64,000 bases of DNA from a candidate division WOR-3 bacterium (GTDB lineage Bacteria; Hydrothermota; Tepidihabitantia; Tepidihabitantales; DTDR01): positions 1-64,000 of the forward strand of contig JBDRVN010000001.1 of NCBI GenBank assembly GCA_039801885.1. The letters are read 5' to 3'. Position numbers and translations under genes: made by a program. Below the pieces are notes generated by a model. That model did not search any database. It saw only the letters and a program-made list of their open reading frames with translations, and had not been told where the DNA came from. This document shows positions 60,036 through 64,000 of the stretch, one piece after another; positions within the stretch are counted from its first letter, which is position 1; the number at the start of each line of letters is the position of its first letter.

Positions 60036-62509
60036 ATTTTTTTTTGACAATCTTAATAATTTTCTATTCTGAGCAATTAATAAACGATTCAATTATTAAA
60101 AATGATTTTTTAATTAATGATGATAATATTGGCGGCGCCACCCAAGAAATTCCTAAAGGTACTTCTTATGGCATAAGAATAGCAATTACTTTTGGAGATT
60201 TCCGAGACGGCAATTGTTCGCCCTATTTTTTAATCCTTGATTTAAATGGCCAAAGGTTAATTGAAGAAAAAAGAGCAAGTGATGATGGTGGATTGAAATG
60301 GAAAGGGGAACCAGCGGTTGCCTTTTTCAATAATCGGATTGTAATTGTTTGGGAAGATAGAAGAAGTTGTAATTCTGATATCTATTATCAAATTTTTGAT
60401 TCTTTGGGAAACGGAATTTTAAGTAACCGAAAAGCAAACGATGATAATACTCAAAATGACCAAAGAGGTGCATCAATAGCCTTTCTGCCTAATGGAAATT
60501 TTATAATTGTTTGGGAAGATTGGCGCAATGATTATGGTGATATTTATGCCCAAATCTTTGATGAAAATGGCAATAAAATTGGCAATAATTTCCGAGTTAA
60601 TGATGATCCTATTGGATTTGCTTGGCAATATTCAGCACATATTGGTGTAAAAAGTAACGGCGAGTTTATTATTGTTTGGGAAGACGGCAGAAACGGCAAT
60701 TGGGATATTTATGGTCAGATTTTTGATTCTAACGGTAATCGGATAGGCAATAATTTCAAAATCAACGATGACAATACTTCGGCTTGGCAATTCTCTTCAA
60801 GAATTTGTGTCAATAAAAATAATTATTGGTTAGTAGTTTGGGAAGATGAAAGGAATGGCAATTGGGATATTTACGCACAAATTTTTGATTCTCTAAGTAG
60901 AAGAATAGGTAATAACTTTATTATTAATGATGACAATACTCTTACTAACCAAAATTTACCAAGTTGTGCAGCCGATACCCTTGGTAATTTTATTATTGCC
61001 TTTGCTTGTAATCGGAACGGTAATTCTGATATTTATAAACAAAGAATTACTCAAGAAGGAATAAAAATTGGTAATAATGAATTGATAAATGATGATGTTT
61101 CTAATACTTACCAAACTTCCCCTTGGGTTATCTCGCTGGTTAATAACTATCATTTAATTTTGTGGCAGGATAATAGAGAGGGAAATGACGATATTTATGC
61201 CCAATTTTATGATGGAAATAATGTAAAAATTGGTATCAATTTTAAAATTAATAGGGATAATGCTTCTTCCCACCAAAGATGTCCATTTATTTCTGCAAAT
61301 CAAGAAGTTTTTGGAATTTGTTGGGAAGACGAGCGAGAAGAAGATTGTCATATTTATACTACTTTCTTTGATACCTTAGGAAATTTTTTAACCACTAATA
61401 GAAAAATCAGCGAAGTTAGTTATAATTTTTTTTCTTCTTTGGCAATTAATTCTTATAATAAATCTCTTCTCTCTTGGTTAACCGTAAGGGAAGTAAATAC
61501 TGATGTTTATGGTCAAATAACCACTACCTTTGGAAACTTAATTGGGAATAATTTTAAAATCAACGATGATACCAATAATAGTTTTCAAGATTGGCCAATT
61601 GTCGCTTGTTCTCCAATTGGAAAATTTTTAGTAATTTGGACTGATTATCGAGAAGAAAGGGCAACAATCTATGGACAATTTTTTGATTCCTTGGGTAAGA
61701 GAATTGGGAATAATTTCAAAGTAAGTGATAATAATGAGGGAAATGCCTTATACGGATTTTTAACTTTTGCTGATACTATTCCGGTATGTGTCTGGATGGA
61801 TAATCGTTTAAGTGATTATAATATCTATTTAAAAATCGGCAATAACCAAAGTATCTTAGTAAATGATGAAACAAATGATTTTCAAGGTTATCCAACTTGT
61901 GCCTTTAAAGATTCAATAATTGTTGTTAGTTGGGAAGATGAAAAAAATGGCAATACTGATATTTATTGCCAGATCTTTAAGATTAATGGTGAGCGAATTG
62001 GCAGGAATATCTTAGTAAATGATGATAATACTAAATATGAACAATACTCACCTTCTATTGCCTTTACTAATGATGGTGAGTTTATTATTACTTTTTGTGA
62101 TTTTAGAAAAGGATATGGCGATGTTGATGTTTATGCTCAAAGATTTGATTATTACGGTAATAAAATTAGTAATAACCGATTGGTCCATGAGCCTGATTTG
62201 TTTTTTGGAAATAATCAATGGACCTTATCCCAAAGTATTTCGGCTGTAAATGGTAATCTCGCTTTCTGTTGGGTCGACAATCGAAGACATAAAGGCTGGG
62301 ATATTTATTGTAAAATTGTAAAGAAAAATTATTTGTTTTTAGAAGAAAATAAAAAAATAAAGATTATTTCTAAATTAGATTTCAAAAAGAAAGAAATTTT
62401 TTCAATAATGGGAAGGGTACATAAAAGAAATTTAAAAACCGGCATCTATTTTGTAAAAAGAGGTAAAGAGTTTAAAAAAGTTATTTATTTGAAAGGAGGA
62501 AAAAAATGA
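60032..62509 (+). CDS. Secreted tandem-repeat (beta-propeller-like) protein
   Basis: About 12-13 repeats of ~60 aa: P..A...G.FIIVWED.RNGN.DIY.QIFD..GN.IGNNF.INDD; reduced T9SS-like tail. Confidence 0.75.
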   Translation: MNFFLTILIIFYSEQLINDSIIKNDFLINDDNIGGATQEIPKGTSYGIRIAITFGDFRDGNCSPYFLILDLNGQRLIEEKRASDDGGLKWKGEPAVAFFNNRIVIVWEDRRSCNSDIYYQIFDSLGNGILSNRKANDDNTQNDQRGASIAFLPNGNFIIVWEDWRNDYGDIYAQIFDENGNKIGNNFRVNDDPIGFAWQYSAHIGVKSNGEFIIVWEDGRNGNWDIYGQIFDSNGNRIGNNFKINDDNTSAWQFSSRICVNKNNYWLVVWEDERNGNWDIYAQIFDSLSRRIGNNFIINDDNTLTNQNLPSCAADTLGNFIIAFACNRNGNSDIYKQRITQEGIKIGNNELINDDVSNTYQTSPWVISLVNNYHLILWQDNREGNDDIYAQFYDGNNVKIGINFKINRDNASSHQRCPFISANQEVFGICWEDEREEDCHIYTTFFDTLGNFLTTNRKISEVSYNFFSSLAINSYNKSLLSWLTVREVNTDVYGQITTTFGNLIGNNFKINDDTNNSFQDWPIVACSPIGKFLVIWTDYREERATIYGQFFDSLGKRIGNNFKVSDNNEGNALYGFLTFADTIPVCVWMDNRLSDYNIYLKIGNNQSILVNDETNDFQGYPTCAFKDSIIVVSWEDEKNGNTDIYCQIFKINGERIGRNILVNDDNTKYEQYSPSIAFTNDGEFIITFCDFRKGYGDVDVYAQRFDYYGNKISNNRLVHEPDLFFGNNQWTLSQSISAVNGNLAFCWVDNRRHKGWDIYCKIVKKNYLFLEENKKIKIISKLDFKKKEIFSIMGRVHKRNLKTGIYFVKRGKEFKKVIYLKGGKK

Positions 62510-63099
62510 TTTTTCTTTTAATTTCTTATCTTTTTAGTTTAAATCCCAAATTTTACGCCTTCTCTTCGTTAGTTGTCCCCGGAACCGGTGAATTACTTTT
62601 GAAAGAAAAGAAAGGCGAATATTTTATCTATTCCGATATTATCTTTATTTCTTTTTATCAGACTTTTAAATTCTTAGCAAAAAGGGATAACCAGAATGCT
62701 AAGATTTTTGCCTGCCAGTATGCAAAAGCAAACTTTTCCCAAAAGGAAAAATATTTTAATCTTTTAGAAATCTATTCTTCTAATGAAGAGTATAATGAAG
62801 AGGTTTTAAAGGATGCTAGAAATCTGTTTCCTGACGACCCGGAAAAACAGAAAGAATATTTAAGAAAAAATGGTTATTTTGATAACGATGCCTGGCGTTG
62901 GGAAAATAATTCTTTAAAGCTTGATTATTTTAGAAAAAGAAGAGAAGTAAGAAATAAAAAAATGGTTTCTTCTTTTTTCCTTTCCGGTTCAATTTTATTG
63001 AGAATTGGTTCTTTCTTAAACTGCTTATTTTTTAGTAAGAACAAAAATCTTTCATTAGAATTTCTTCCTTCAGGTCTTAAAATAAGTTATAATTTTTAA
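62506..63099 (+). CDS. Hypothetical envelope protein
   Basis: GGAGG SD; S.VVPG.GE motif, W.W, terminal YNF. Confidence 0.55.
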   Translation: MIFLLISYLFSLNPKFYAFSSLVVPGTGELLLKEKKGEYFIYSDIIFISFYQTFKFLAKRDNQNAKIFACQYAKANFSQKEKYFNLLEIYSSNEEYNEEVLKDARNLFPDDPEKQKEYLRKNGYFDNDAWRWENNSLKLDYFRKRREVRNKKMVSSFFLSGSILLRIGSFLNCLFFSKNKNLSLEFLPSGLKISYNF

Positions 63100-63100
63100 T

Positions 63101-64000
63101 ATGGAAACTTTAAAAACGGATATTTTAGTGATTGGTAGTGGTATTGCTGGTCTATGGTATGCTTATAAAATTGCTGATTTTGGTAGTGTTTTATTAATTA
63201 CTAAAAAAGAGAGTAGTGAAAGTAATACCAATTATGCCCAAGGTGGAATTGCCGCAGCAGTTGGTGAAGATGATTTACCAACTATCCATTATGAAGATAC
63301 GGTAAAAGCCGGTGAAGGTTTGGCAAAAGAAAATATTGTCAAAATTGTTTGTGAAGAAGGTCCGAGGCTGGTTTATGAGTTGTATAATTTGGGCGTAGAA
63401 TTTTTAACTTATTATAACTCTTTTGGTAAATTAAGATTTGAATTGGGAAGAGAAGGCGGTCATTCGCGAAGAAGAATTGTCCACGCAAAAGATTATACCG
63501 GATACGCAATTGAAAAAGCATTAATAAATAGAGTGAAAGAAAAAAATGTAAAAATAATTGAAAACTGTTTTCTTATCGATCTTTTGGTAAAAGATAACGC
63601 TTGTTTTGGTGTTTATGCTTTTGACCAAAAAGAAAAGAAGTTTATAAAGATATTATCCCATCTTACATTATTAGCAACCGGTGGTTTAGGACAAATTTAT
63701 CTTCACACAACTAATCCACCAATTGCTACCGGTGATGGAATTGCTATCGCTTTAGAAAAGGGAGTAAAAATTGCCAATATGGAGTTTATCCAATTTCATC
63801 CCACTTCTCTATTCGGCAGAAAAATAAATGGCCGCTCCTTTTTAATCTCAGAAGCAGTAAGAGGAGAAGGCGGAATTTTAAAAACTTTAGATGGCAAGAC
63901 TTTTATGGAAAAATATCATCCCTTGGCTTGTTTGGCTCCCAGAGATGTTGTTGCCCGGGCAATTGATAACGAATTAAAGAAGAGAAAAGAGGATTATGTT
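63101..64000 (+). CDS. nadB: L-aspartate oxidase (3' end outside the window)
   Basis: Manual translation: DILVIGSGIAGL, SNTNYAQGGIAA, REGGHSRRRIVHAKDYTG, EFIQFHPT, LISEAVRGEG, LAPRDVVARAI. Confidence 0.95.
   Translation, partial: METLKTDILVIGSGIAGLWYAYKIADFGSVLLITKKESSESNTNYAQGGIAAAVGEDDLPTIHYEDTVKAGEGLAKENIVKIVCEEGPRLVYELYNLGVEFLTYYNSFGKLRFELGREGGHSRRRIVHAKDYTGYAIEKALINRVKEKNVKIIENCFLIDLLVKDNACFGVYAFDQKEKKFIKILSHLTLLATGGLGQIYLHTTNPPIATGDGIAIALEKGVKIANMEFIQFHPTSLFGRKINGRSFLISEAVRGEGGILKTLDGKTFMEKYHPLACLAPRDVVARAIDNELKKRKEDYV

Overview
Very AT-rich bacterial chromosome segment (standard code 11: TGA ends several genes, TGG encodes Trp). It is mostly housekeeping: mreBCD-mrdA-rodA-rlmN, four-subunit pyruvate:ferredoxin oxidoreductase, queH, ino1, tmk, ctpA, pdp, ispF, lpdA, xerC, yggS, phoH-ybeY-CNNM-CNNM-recO, a tyrosine phenol-lyase-like enzyme, lnt, purN, tadA and partial nadB. 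There are nine tRNA genes, none encoding CCA, and many secreted peptidases or surface proteins with T9SS-like C-terminal tails. The content suggests an anaerobic, peptide-fermenting, possibly thermophilic diderm (WOR-3/FCB-like; inference only). Standouts: (1) two predicted ORFs (24999-25538, 25683-27239) form one frame broken by a single TGA in a C-U-A-G-H-C motif, followed by a bacterial SECIS-like hairpin, i.e. a candidate secreted selenoprotein; (2) a complete tRNA-Ser(CGA) lies in frame inside the apparent signal peptide of an M6 metalloprotease gene; (3) a dispersed intergenic element (inverted repeat + hairpin + degenerate 12-bp-period array) recurs about every 10-13 kb; (4) a CC-adding-type nucleotidyltransferase; (5) an S8 protease with a ~340-aa insert in its catalytic domain; (6) leaderless-type promoters and very short uncharged signal peptides. 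No transposase, prophage, CRISPR array or rRNA was seen.
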